Source of the DNA: Candidatus Bathyarchaeota archaeon
GTDB taxonomy: Archaea; Thermoproteota; Bathyarchaeia; 40CM-2-53-6
Direction of reading: 5' to 3'
NCBI GenBank assembly: GCA_963733055.1
Contig: CAVTBR010000001.1
Coordinates: 1,024,001 to 1,088,000, forward strand
Length of the DNA stretch: 64,000 bases
Shown here: piece by piece, positions 28,575 through 38,662 of the stretch
How positions within the stretch are numbered: position 1 is the first letter of the stretch
Layout of the letters: each line of letters starts with the position of its first letter
Translations under genes and position numbers: made by a program
Notes under the pieces: model-generated
Told to the model about the DNA's origin: nothing
What the model saw: only the letters and a program-made list of their open reading frames with translations
Database searches by the model: none

Positions 28575-29792
28575 TTATCTTGCCATTGCTCGATTGAAGA
28601 TTGGTACGGCGATTGCCATAGTGACCACTGAGTATGCTAGGAGCACTAGCAGGTCTGGCATGATGATGTTCACACTCGCATTCAGTATGACTACTTTTCT
28701 GAGTGCGTCCGCCGCGTAGTAGAGAGGGAAAGTCTTTCCGATGTATTGTACGGCTACAGGTAGCTGGTTAATTGGGAACAGTATCCCGCTAAGAAACATC
28801 ATGGGGAACTGAAGCAAGGTTGTCATCATCTGTGCTGTTTCCTGTTCAGGAGCGAGGGAGGTCATGATTATGCCGACGCCGATGAAGCTGGCAACCCCAA
28901 GCACCATGACGAGAAGCATAGTGATAGGACTGCCGTAAATCACTACTCCGAACAGTAGCATTGATAATCCAAGTATTAGGAATCCTTGAATCAATCCGCG
29001 TACTGTTTGAGCTACGATTTTTCCCAAGATGACGGATTGCCTTGGGATGGGTGCGACGAGTAATCCGTCCATTGTTCCTTGTTCTTTTTCTCTAGAGATC
29101 GCAGTGCTGACTCCGTTTAATGCTCCTGTGATGACGGTTAAGGCCATGAATGAAGGGGCCAGATATTCGAAGGATGTTGGGACGCCTGGGATTAAGGGAA
29201 TGTTGGTTACACTGATTGGTTGAAGAACGAATGTGGGGTCAACTTTTGGGTCGAAGTTTTGAAGGTATTGTGTTGATATTTGGCTTTCAATCGCCCCAAA
29301 AATTTCTGCGACTTCAGTTTGAACGGCGGCGGCTACTGTTGGGTTTGTTTGGTCAACAGTTACTTGTACTGTGGCTTGCGCGTCAGACTGAATTGCAGCG
29401 CTGAATCCTTGGGGTATGACCACTATTCCTGACAGTTGGCCCTTCACAATTCCGTTTCTGGCTGTTGAATAATCCGTTATTTCATCCACTTTGAATATTC
29501 CCTGAGATTCAGCGGTTTGAATAAATTGAGCTGCAATGTTACGCGCTGTCTGTCCATTGTCTTGTTGAATTATTGCTATCTCCAAGTTTGGGTATGGTGA
29601 GGGTATTTGCCCACTGTATGGATTTACTTGAACAGAGGGTGGGTAAATGAAACCGAACATTGTCATGAAGAGCAGGGGCATCATGATGAAGAAGATGAGA
29701 AGCATCTTGGCTCGCCATAAATCGAGGAGGTCGCGTTTAGCGATTTCAGTGGTTACTTTCCATCCGCTCACCTGCCTTGTTTTGGTTTGCAC
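28575..29792 (-). CDS. ABC-2 type permease
   Basis: REKEQGTM, LSGILFPI, PLYYAADALR. Confidence 0.9.
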   Translation of the reverse strand: MQTKTRQVSGWKVTTEIAKRDLLDLWRAKMLLIFFIMMPLLFMTMFGFIYPPSVQVNPYSGQIPSPYPNLEIAIIQQDNGQTARNIAAQFIQTAESQGIFKVDEITDYSTARNGIVKGQLSGIVVIPQGFSAAIQSDAQATVQVTVDQTNPTVAAAVQTEVAEIFGAIESQISTQYLQNFDPKVDPTFVLQPISVTNIPLIPGVPTSFEYLAPSFMALTVITGALNGVSTAISREKEQGTMDGLLVAPIPRQSVILGKIVAQTVRGLIQGFLILGLSMLLFGVVIYGSPITMLLVMVLGVASFIGVGIIMTSLAPEQETAQMMTTLLQFPMMFLSGILFPINQLPVAVQYIGKTFPLYYAADALRKVVILNASVNIIMPDLLVLLAYSVVTMAIAVPIFNRAMAR

Positions 29793-29794
29793 GG

Positions 29795-30607
29795 TTACAT
29801 TCTCCCGACAGCTTTCATGCTAACGCGGTCTGAGGCTGAATCGCGTAGCTCTCGTCCCGTGACCGTTAGGAAAACTTCAAGCATCGACTCTGTACCATAC
29901 TGTTCCTTGAGCCCCACAACGGTTCCCGTTGCCATGATTTTTCCGTGGTCAATAATCGAAATCCTATCCGACAATTCGTCTGCTTCCTCCATGATGTGCG
30001 TAGTCAGAATAATCGAATGTCCTCCTTTCTTCAGATCCAGTATTGTGTCCCTGACGAACTTCGTGCTTTGCGGGTCAAGCGCAGTGGTCGGCTCGTCTAG
30101 AAAGATGATCTCAGGATCGTGAATTAGGGCACGGATCACGTTCATTCTTTGTCTCATGCCGCTTGAGAAGCCACCTACACTTCGGTCTTTGAAGGGAGTA
30201 AGCTTGACCATCTCTAATAGTTCCTTCACTTTTGACTTCAATTCCGATTTGTCGATTCCGTAGAGTTTGCCGAAGAACATTAGGTTCTGTTCAGCCGTTA
30301 ACCGTGTGTACATGATTAGCTTCTCGGAAACTAATCCAATTCGTTTGCGAACTTCGTTCGCCTCGCTTCCAGTGTCGAATCCTGCAATCGTCGCCGTGCC
30401 CGAAGTTGGCCTAAGTAAGGTGCAAAGCATACGAATGGTTGTACTCTTTCCCGCGCCATTCGGACCAAGAAAGCCATAGATCTCTCCTTTTCGGACGGCG
30501 AGCTCGATGTGGTCGACGGCGGTGAAGTTGCCGAATTTCTTTGTCAGACCGTGAGTCTCAATCGCGTACTGAGATAGCGGAGCGAACTTTGTTCTCTGGA
30601 GCGTCAT
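29795..30607 (-). CDS. ABC transporter ATP-binding protein
   Basis: GPNGAGKS, FSSGM, FLDEPT. Confidence 0.93.
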   Translation of the reverse strand: MTLQRTKFAPLSQYAIETHGLTKKFGNFTAVDHIELAVRKGEIYGFLGPNGAGKSTTIRMLCTLLRPTSGTATIAGFDTGSEANEVRKRIGLVSEKLIMYTRLTAEQNLMFFGKLYGIDKSELKSKVKELLEMVKLTPFKDRSVGGFSSGMRQRMNVIRALIHDPEIIFLDEPTTALDPQSTKFVRDTILDLKKGGHSIILTTHIMEEADELSDRISIIDHGKIMATGTVVGLKEQYGTESMLEVFLTVTGRELRDSASDRVSMKAVGRM

Positions 30608-30692
30608 TACTGTACCTCAATTGATTTTTGACGTATTCCCGAAGGGAGGTTTAGCGGAGCCATCATGCCGTTCCTTATTTTGCGGTTACGTA

Positions 30693-30770
30693 TATCGATG
30701 CGATACTATCTTATCGATAGTTGGCAGCGTGTAATATTAAAATACGTCGCCTGATGTATCGATACGATAC
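30693..30770. promoter_or_regulatory. Two TATCG-N3-CGATA palindromes, candidate PadR operator
   Basis: 30693-30705 TATCGATGCGATA; 30756-30770 GTATCGATACGATAC; in the divergent ABC/padR intergenic region. Confidence 0.65.
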
Positions 30771-30787
30771 GGATACGTGCATGGCTA

Positions 30788-31174
30788 ATGGCGAAAGGAT
30801 TCAAGGCAGGCCCGTATGAGGTAATGTTCTTTCTAGCTATGAAGGATGGACCCGCGTATGGTTATGAGCTCGCTACGCGCTTTAGGAGGATGACTGGAGG
30901 CCACATTAAGATCAGTTTTGGCACAATCTATCCTTTCCTGCGGCGCATGGAGCGCAGACGACTTATCAAATCAACACGCGATGAGAAATCGGGTAGGGTC
31001 TACTATGCGCTTACACGCAAAGGTCGAACGACCCAAACGAAACGATTGCAACGGATAAAGGAATCACAGAAAGAATGGGAAGAGAAATTGCTTGGAATTC
31101 TCGCGATGTATGCGGGAGTATTTGGACGACGAGCCCTTCACGACCTGTTGAGACGTGGAAGAGCGGACAATTAG
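30788..31174 (+). CDS. PadR-family transcriptional regulator
   Basis: GPAYGYEL, GTIYPFLRRME, YYALTRKG. Confidence 0.92.
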   Translation: MAKGFKAGPYEVMFFLAMKDGPAYGYELATRFRRMTGGHIKISFGTIYPFLRRMERRRLIKSTRDEKSGRVYYALTRKGRTTQTKRLQRIKESQKEWEEKLLGILAMYAGVFGRRALHDLLRRGRADN

Positions 31175-31283
31175 AGCGGTGCAAGTCCTTGTTGTCTAAC
31201 ATAAGAAAGATGAGGCTTAGCGAAAGCAGAACTTCGAGCGCAACTTTAAAGCCCGCTAATACAATGACGGCAAAACGATTTGG

Positions 31284-32564
31284 GTGGAGATTATAGAGAT
31301 GCGATACGGGAGAACAATCGGCCTATTATTGATCATTTCCTTTGGGATATTTCTGCATTTGGGGCCACAACCCGTTCAGGCAATAGGGGTTGCCAATGTT
31401 GTAGTAACCAACGTATTCTGGGGCGGAAACCCTTCAAGCCCCGACACCGCCCATCCGGGCGACGTTAACCTACAATTGTCAGTTCTGATTACAAACGTTG
31501 GCGACGACGTGGCGCGCAGCGTAAACGCGACCCTCATGATCAGCTCACCATTAATCTACACGTACTTGGTGAATGGAACTCAATACTCCGCCACTTCTAT
31601 TTCCCAAGCTGCTGGCGATATCCAGGCAGGGCAGGGATACACACTCAAGTACACTTTGAGCATCGATCCGTCCGCAACCGAAGGAATCTATCGGACCAGT
31701 CTTGAACTATCATACAAGTCCGCGCGCGAACTCCAAGCGATCGCCACAACTGTGGAGGTGGACGTGCCCGTTTGGAAGGGAGAATTGCATGTTCAGGGAG
31801 TTCAGACGAATCCAACGAAGATCTACCCAGACAGTAAGGCCGTTGTGGTGGCAGTTACGATTGTAAACTCAGGACAGGGGACGGCAAAGGACCTTCAACT
31901 TCAACTAGATCTGACACCACCCTTCACAGCATCCTCTAGCGGATCCGATCAAATCTATGTAGGAAACCTTCCACCTGGTCAGACCACTATGGCAAACTTC
32001 GTTGTAGATGTGAGCCAGAACGCAACCTTCGGCCAATACTCGGTAATTCTGGGACACGTTACAAACGGCGAGCTCGTACCGATCGGACAGATTCCACTCT
32101 ACGTTAACGAGAAGGTAAAGTATGACGTTCTCAGCGTAACGCCCTCTACCGTTGGCGTCGGCGATTCAGGTGACGTGATCAGGGTAGACATTAGAAACGC
32201 AGGGTCGGTAAAGGCCGACTCGGTTAGAGTTGAGTTACGAGTGGGGAACTACTTCACCGGAACATTAACCGATTTCCTCGGGACGATGCAGGCAAATGAA
32301 ACTAAATCAGCGTTCTTCACGGTAGACATCGACAGCAAGGCTCAACCGGGGCAGTATACCATCGACTTACGGTTTGATTGGACTCAGGATAACAACTCAC
32401 TCGACGACACGTACCCCATAGTCCTAACCGTCCAACCCTCAGCCCCACCAGTCACGTTGATCGCGGTGCTGGTCATTGTTGTGGTTGGAGGAGGCGGCTT
32501 CCTCTATATGAGGAGAAGAAAGGCAAAGGCGGCAGCGCAACGACCCGCCTCTAACGAAAAGTGA
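31284..32564 (+). CDS. COG1361-like S-layer-domain / CARDB-type surface protein
   Basis: Signal peptide, three Ig-like repeats (N.G...A), C-terminal TM + RRRK. Confidence 0.8.
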   Translation: MEIIEMRYGRTIGLLLIISFGIFLHLGPQPVQAIGVANVVVTNVFWGGNPSSPDTAHPGDVNLQLSVLITNVGDDVARSVNATLMISSPLIYTYLVNGTQYSATSISQAAGDIQAGQGYTLKYTLSIDPSATEGIYRTSLELSYKSARELQAIATTVEVDVPVWKGELHVQGVQTNPTKIYPDSKAVVVAVTIVNSGQGTAKDLQLQLDLTPPFTASSSGSDQIYVGNLPPGQTTMANFVVDVSQNATFGQYSVILGHVTNGELVPIGQIPLYVNEKVKYDVLSVTPSTVGVGDSGDVIRVDIRNAGSVKADSVRVELRVGNYFTGTLTDFLGTMQANETKSAFFTVDIDSKAQPGQYTIDLRFDWTQDNNSLDDTYPIVLTVQPSAPPVTLIAVLVIVVVGGGGFLYMRRRKAKAAAQRPASNEK

Positions 32565-32609
32565 ACTGTCCAGAGCGCGCGATCTAGTTGGCTTGGAGCA
32601 GAATAATGC

Positions 32610-35600
32610 TTGGCTAGAAGGTGGGCCATTGCCCTCCTATTGATGGCCCTCGCACTCTCATTCGCCGCTCCGGTATGGGCTCACACCACTCTTGGAGACT
32701 TGACTGGGGCATCCCCATATCGAACAAACGACACTGAACTCACTGCATCGCCACCCGGCAACCACGTCCCCGGCCCACTAGGATATGTCTGGCCTGGAAG
32801 CGGACTGAATACATATTCGCGGATACCCTCTAACCCACCAGGTTACCAATCACCCTTCACCGATCAACAGCCTCTTCAAGCCGCGGGCGACTCATACAGC
32901 CCTGAGGGAGCGATACTCACTTCAACCGTCGACCACGACAGCGTGGGAGATTTCATTTTCGCATTAAACTTCTCAAAACCGAATGCTTTCCTCCCTAATC
33001 GTAGCCACTTCAACTATACGAGCCTAGCAATCTACATCCCCGCACCTGTCTTCGACAAGACTGGAAAACTGATTCAGGACGGTTTCGAACCCACCGCTGG
33101 AATCAACTGGGGTCTGGGGGATAACACCAACATCGTCACCACCATCACAAACGACTACGGGAGCATATTCGTGACCCGAGCGGACAAGAACGATCCATTT
33201 GAACCCGGTTCATGGATCATATACATCCGGGCGCCACCCTCAGGAATCACGTTCAACTTCAACAAGAACTTCGACAACTGGTACTACATCCGCATCAACC
33301 AAATGAAAGCACCTTTCACTGCTGGAAGATACTTTTTCAAAATGTTCCTCAACGACTCGTACCCAGTTCACAGCAGTACGTCTGGAGGTTTGATCGCCGG
33401 TACCATGCCTATGGAAAACTGGCCTGTGCTCTTGGTCAAGGGCGAGGTTGATCCAGCTATCATATCCGGCACACTCAGGTATGGAGATTTGAACAGCACA
33501 CTCTACGGACAACGAATACAGCTTCCCGGATTGGTGAGAGCGGTTGGGATCGCAAATAACCCGTTGACAAACGAACCGACCGGCCGTGCGGTCGAGGCAC
33601 GAGGATACTTCAACTCAACCGCCCAAGGACACTACGAGATAGAAGGGGTAGCCGCAGGAGTTTATGACATCTATGCCTCGGCTGCCGGGCTTCCTGAGCA
33701 GAAGATTGCCAGTGGCATCCGAGTGGCACGCGGACAATCGCTTCAGGTTGAAGGGTATCTCAAAATAGGGTTCCAGCTTAGCGGCACGATATTCTCAAAA
33801 CAATCATTTGGAGAAGTTCTGTGGCCCGCGCAACGACCACTCTCAATAATCATTTACAACAGCAAATCCTACGACGTCCCAAGCATCGAAACGGAATCGC
33901 CCATCAACCTGACCAACTCACCCTACACATCATACGTGAACGGAAACACGTTCTTCTCAGCCACGGGCTTTAGCGGACTAATTTCAGGAGTGACGGGCCC
34001 GAAAAAAGTCGCTTTTCCTTGGGACGGACCCACAAGCTACTACTCGTACACGAGCCCAAGCGTAAAAGATCCCTTCGGGTTGTTCAACGGTGTGGGCCCG
34101 GCGCAGGTCTGGTGGGTCGATCCACGCAGCAACCTCGACCCAAACACTGGTCTAGGCTCGTCACCTTCTCAGTTCACCTTCCAATTCGGATCCAATAACG
34201 GCTACGGGGTACCAACGCAATTCTCAGGAATGATTCCCCAGGTATTCGCGACGTGGACGGACAGCCTAAGCCCCGGCACCTATTACATCCGAGTCTTCCT
34301 GAACGGGTACGTCCAGACTACTCTCGACGGGACGACGTTCGTGGATTACTCGTTCACCGTCCCAGACGTAGGCCCCTACGACACGCACGTACCAATAGAC
34401 ATCATACAAACATGCGGCGTCAACATCACCGTCCACTTCCACAACAACCCAGCCACCCTCGAAGAGGCTCCGATAGGGGGCCCTGACCCTGCTAGGTTCA
34501 TGATCGCAGAAGCGTTCGCGCGCGACGACTCGCTAGCGGCGTTCAATTTCACCCAGGTCTCTTCGACAAAATCTGAGATGTCGATAGTGCTGAATGGTTT
34601 GGGTATGGCGGGCGATCCACTCAACATATCCCCATTCGACCCTCGCGCCCCAATCAAATATTCGCTCGCAAGGTACAGAGGTGCCTACGACTATGGTCTC
34701 CCAACCGATACGTACACTGTTCGCATATTCATGCGTGGTTACATTCAGGCCCTTCCACCCGCAACATCCTTCGACGAACTAGACCAACCTCTCTCGGTGA
34801 CGGTCGCAGCGGGAAACTGCTTGCTAGTCGCGAGTACCCACATGTACCGAGGCGGCAGCATCAACGCATCGATCATTTCAACCGACTGGGAGAGGCCGCA
34901 GGTCGTAAGAAACTGGGCATGGAACAACACCTCAGTGAACATTCTAGTGTACGACATTTCCTCTCAAAACTTCATTGACGTAATCAACTTCTGGAATGCT
35001 AAGCATTTACAATGGATGATCCCCAGACAGAACTCAATGTTCACAAACCTTCCTTGGTCCGGATGGCTGGCTGCCTACGGATTAGGATCCAGCTATCTCG
35101 TGACAAACGGAAGCGTGCGCGTAGACAGCATCGGTCCTGACTTTCCCAACGTACCATCCACGGACCCCGCGAACAGTATGACGACTTTTGATTTCCTACA
35201 AGAGAACTTCCATGAAGGTTTCCTATTCAATTTCACCTCATACCGATTACCGTCATTCAGATCCAACCTAGCAATCTACCCGGGAACCTACGCCCTCAAC
35301 GCGTGGACGTACGGTTACGTACAAGAGAACGTTGTCACGTTGGGGGACCTTGGCAACGTGTATGTCGCAGTCCCGTGGATTGCCCAAACGGCTGACATAA
35401 ACCTGAAACTCATAGTCGGCGTAAACCTCACGCTCAGTGTCCTTTTCAAGACTGAAAAAATAATCACAGGAACACCATACAACATGTCCGTCAGGATCCG
35501 CATATTCGATGATCAGGACAGATTAGTTGCTTCGGCAACCTCGTTCACGTCGGATGCGGGCATACTCATTCCCTCATCAAACGTTGGCTTCTTCGCAAAT

Positions 35601-36371
35601 GGAAAGAAAATTATGAACCAGGCGCTTCCAGCGGGAACTACCTTGATGAGTTACAAGGATCTCGCAGGGCAATTCAGTTACGTAGAACCCAGTAGTGGCG
35701 CTTCCGGTATCCGAAGTGCCACACTATTCTCCCCAGACCACGGAATATGGGGGAGCGGTGCTTTCGCAGGCAGCTACTTCGGGTCGTGGAGGGTTATGGT
35801 TGATTTTGTGAACTGGTATCAGCCCACCGTCGCGTACCCGCCGGCGCCAGCTCTCCTTCAAGGCGAATCACCATACTTCTTCCCATACAACCATCTCGGA
35901 CCGTACGCCCGGTATGGAGACATCCTCATCCTTAACGCCCCGCTGAGCGGCGAAGCTTCGGCCGAATTTGAGGTAGACAGGCGTGGATACATTCAGGGCA
36001 TCGTACTCGGAATGAATTGGGACGATGAGACCAGAACAATGAGCTGGGTGACGGTTGAGATCGTGGACAGTTCGGGGTACCAATATTACTGGTATACTTG
36101 GGATGGATGGTTCGACGGCTACCTAGACCCAGGTACCTACAAGGTGACGATTACTGAATGGAACCATAACGAAGGGCACCAACAAACCATGTTCACACTC
36201 AATGTAAACCAAGGAGAACAAAACGATGCACTCAACTACATTCTTGAAGAAAGCCAAATCCCGATACCGGAACTAGCATCGATTCCTCTAACCACCTTAG
36301 CAGTCTGCGCAACAGCTGCGCTTCTGCTAAGGCGGAGAAGACGCGGGCAATTAGATCGTCCGTTTCGATAG
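32610..36371 (+). CDS. Large secreted surface protein with carboxypeptidase-regulatory-like domains and PEF-CTERM-like tail
   Basis: Signal peptide; GHYEIEGVAAGVYDIYASAAG; IPIPEL-TM-RRRRR; many NxS/T sequons. Confidence 0.8.
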   Translation: MARRWAIALLLMALALSFAAPVWAHTTLGDLTGASPYRTNDTELTASPPGNHVPGPLGYVWPGSGLNTYSRIPSNPPGYQSPFTDQQPLQAAGDSYSPEGAILTSTVDHDSVGDFIFALNFSKPNAFLPNRSHFNYTSLAIYIPAPVFDKTGKLIQDGFEPTAGINWGLGDNTNIVTTITNDYGSIFVTRADKNDPFEPGSWIIYIRAPPSGITFNFNKNFDNWYYIRINQMKAPFTAGRYFFKMFLNDSYPVHSSTSGGLIAGTMPMENWPVLLVKGEVDPAIISGTLRYGDLNSTLYGQRIQLPGLVRAVGIANNPLTNEPTGRAVEARGYFNSTAQGHYEIEGVAAGVYDIYASAAGLPEQKIASGIRVARGQSLQVEGYLKIGFQLSGTIFSKQSFGEVLWPAQRPLSIIIYNSKSYDVPSIETESPINLTNSPYTSYVNGNTFFSATGFSGLISGVTGPKKVAFPWDGPTSYYSYTSPSVKDPFGLFNGVGPAQVWWVDPRSNLDPNTGLGSSPSQFTFQFGSNNGYGVPTQFSGMIPQVFATWTDSLSPGTYYIRVFLNGYVQTTLDGTTFVDYSFTVPDVGPYDTHVPIDIIQTCGVNITVHFHNNPATLEEAPIGGPDPARFMIAEAFARDDSLAAFNFTQVSSTKSEMSIVLNGLGMAGDPLNISPFDPRAPIKYSLARYRGAYDYGLPTDTYTVRIFMRGYIQALPPATSFDELDQPLSVTVAAGNCLLVASTHMYRGGSINASIISTDWERPQVVRNWAWNNTSVNILVYDISSQNFIDVINFWNAKHLQWMIPRQNSMFTNLPWSGWLAAYGLGSSYLVTNGSVRVDSIGPDFPNVPSTDPANSMTTFDFLQENFHEGFLFNFTSYRLPSFRSNLAIYPGTYALNAWTYGYVQENVVTLGDLGNVYVAVPWIAQTADINLKLIVGVNLTLSVLFKTEKIITGTPYNMSVRIRIFDDQDRLVASATSFTSDAGILIPSSNVGFFANGKKIMNQALPAGTTLMSYKDLAGQFSYVEPSSGASGIRSATLFSPDHGIWGSGAFAGSYFGSWRVMVDFVNWYQPTVAYPPAPALLQGESPYFFPYNHLGPYARYGDILILNAPLSGEASAEFEVDRRGYIQGIVLGMNWDDETRTMSWVTVEIVDSSGYQYYWYTWDGWFDGYLDPGTYKVTITEWNHNEGHQQTMFTLNVNQGEQNDALNYILEESQIPIPELASIPLTTLAVCATAALLLRRRRRGQLDRPFR

Positions 36372-37481
36372 AAGAATCGCGATGGGCATCAGTATGAGGC
36401 TGCTGATGAAAAGGATGAGAAGGTCGCCCCCGATCGCGTTCAGCCCAGCCCCGAGATAGATCAAGCGCCTGAGTGCATCATTACCGTACGTCCAGGGGAG
36501 ACTGTCCGCAATTGCTTGACCGCCAGGCGCAAGGAGAAGGGGGGAACTTATTGTTCCGGCTATCGAGAAGAGTGGGAATGTCATCGCTATCTCCAGAACC
36601 GTCAGAGTGGTTGTACTTCGAATTCTCGTTGAAATCGTTAAGCCGAGAGAGAATGTAAAGACGGCGATCAGAATGGTTGTCAGGAAGATGAGTATCAGGT
36701 TTCCGTGAATCACCAAACCGTAGAGGCTGAAGATAACGAGCATCAACGCGGTCCGTAGAATCGTAAGAACTACCGTGGCGGACATTTTACCGGAATAGAC
36801 CGCAAACAGGCTCACTGGGGATAGAGTCAGGCGTGGGAAAGTACCTCGTTCTCGTTCCCTGTTGATCGCGTTAACAATGTCATCAAAACCGCCAAGGATA
36901 GCGATTAGCCCAAGAAAGCCCGGCAGAATCGGATCTCCGCTTGGCGGGCGTCCCGTCAAGGATCTTGTGATTACCTCGATCGGGGCGACCTTGAGCCCGA
37001 AATTAAGACCTTCGCCTGATGTTATCTGATTAACGAGATCCTGAGCGCCTTGGCTGACAGCGCCAACCACGAACTGTGAAGAGGTCAACTTGGAGTTATC
37101 AGTAGATACAATAACGAAAGCGTCTCCAGCCAGAAGTGCGTTCCCGAATCCTTGAGGTATAATTATCGCTCCCACCACTTGGCCGTTAGCAACAGCTTGG
37201 TAGGCTTGGTCTTCGGTTTGTACGAGTTGGGTTACGTGGATGAAGCGGGATCGCGTTAACTCGTTGAGCATCGCATTCGAGGCCGGCGTTCCGTCTAGAT
37301 CAGCCACCACCACGGGTACATTGTGGGTTGTGGCGCTAAAGGCAGCTACGATGACTATGAAGATGCTGATGAGGATTATTGGAAACATAACTGTCAAAAT
37401 CAGCGAGACGGGGTCGCGGCGGAGTTGCTTCAGTTCCTTTGTTGTAATGGCAACCGTGTCGTTTACGAAAGCGTTCTTCAA
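36351..37481 (-). CDS. ABC-2 type permease
   Basis: KELKQLRRD, RERERGT, LPWTYGNDALRR. Confidence 0.88.
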   Translation of the reverse strand: MKNAFVNDTVAITTKELKQLRRDPVSLILTVMFPIILISIFIVIVAAFSATTHNVPVVVADLDGTPASNAMLNELTRSRFIHVTQLVQTEDQAYQAVANGQVVGAIIIPQGFGNALLAGDAFVIVSTDNSKLTSSQFVVGAVSQGAQDLVNQITSGEGLNFGLKVAPIEVITRSLTGRPPSGDPILPGFLGLIAILGGFDDIVNAINRERERGTFPRLTLSPVSLFAVYSGKMSATVVLTILRTALMLVIFSLYGLVIHGNLILIFLTTILIAVFTFSLGLTISTRIRSTTTLTVLEIAMTFPLFSIAGTISSPLLLAPGGQAIADSLPWTYGNDALRRLIYLGAGLNAIGGDLLILFISSLILMPIAILLSKRTI

Positions 37482-38644
37482 GTAACCAACCTCTCCCGGA
37501 AACTGCGAAGCAGGACGAAGGCAAGTCCGAACGAGACGATTATGGATCCAATCATGTATTCTAGATCAAATGTCAAAGAGAGCAAGGGCACACCAAGTAG
37601 GATTGTTCGCCTCAATGCGTCGAATGCATAGGTAAAGGGTAGAGAGTAACTGATGGTTTCCGAAATGCCAACGAGCAAATTGCTGTCAATAACTAGGCCG
37701 CTGAACGCGAAGAGGAATAAGATCAGAAAGAAGGTTATGATCACCACAGCTCTCTGCCCTAACTTCAAGGCAGCCGCAACGAAGCCAATTCCCATCGTAA
37801 CGAGCGCGACGATAAGAGACAACGCGAGAATCGTGCCGAAGTCGGTACTCGGCTTCGCCCCGTACGCGTATAGGCCGATCCCGAGAACAATAAAAGTTCT
37901 CAAAACGCTCAAGACAATATCAAAAAATGTTTTCCCCAACATGATTGAGCCTATAGGAATGGGCGAGGCGAGGAGACGCGCATACGTGCCTTCATCTCGC
38001 TCACGAGCCATTCCTCCAGCAATCTCATAGAACGCTGAAAAAATCTGTACGATCGCGAGTATAGTGGTCAATCCCACGTTGAAGCTGGGGAATACTGCTC
38101 CCTTCCGAACGACCCCAACCCCTGCAACGGATTGCAACTGCAACTGGCTCAGGTGTGGCTGAACTTCTACGTTCGGGTCGAAGTTCTGCGCATAGCCCGT
38201 GAGAGTGCTCTGGATTTGATCGGAGACACCAGGTTCGCTATCATCCGTATAGAGCAATAGCCTCGCCTGGTTTCCGCTCTCCAAATCATTTTGGAAACCC
38301 TTGGGAACGACAATCACAGCGTATACCCGTTTAGTCCCGAGCTCAGCTAGGGCGGCCTGCTCATTGTAGGATTGTATCAAGTTATGGAAGTCGGGTGATC
38401 GACTCAGCGTTTGCCAGAGGCGGAGTGAGGCGAGTGAATTGTCATTATCCACAAAACCAATTGGAATGCCGGCCGTAGGGGAGAAAGATGAACCTGCGCC
38501 ACCTTGACCGGCGCCAAGTGAAACGGTGAAGAATAGTGGTAGAACAACTAGGGAGATGAGTATGGCGCTTCGGTTCCTTCGGAATTGACGAAATTCAGTC
38601 TCAGCAACCGCTAGCGAATCTCTGAAAAATGATGCGACCGACAT
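37478..38644 (-). CDS. ABC-2 type permease
   Basis: EFRQFRR, RERDEGT, LPFTYAFDALRR. Confidence 0.88.
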   Translation of the reverse strand: MSVASFFRDSLAVAETEFRQFRRNRSAILISLVVLPLFFTVSLGAGQGGAGSSFSPTAGIPIGFVDNDNSLASLRLWQTLSRSPDFHNLIQSYNEQAALAELGTKRVYAVIVVPKGFQNDLESGNQARLLLYTDDSEPGVSDQIQSTLTGYAQNFDPNVEVQPHLSQLQLQSVAGVGVVRKGAVFPSFNVGLTTILAIVQIFSAFYEIAGGMARERDEGTYARLLASPIPIGSIMLGKTFFDIVLSVLRTFIVLGIGLYAYGAKPSTDFGTILALSLIVALVTMGIGFVAAALKLGQRAVVIITFFLILFLFAFSGLVIDSNLLVGISETISYSLPFTYAFDALRRTILLGVPLLSLTFDLEYMIGSIIVSFGLAFVLLRSFRERLVT

Positions 38645-38662
38645 AAGAAAATCGACTGCATT

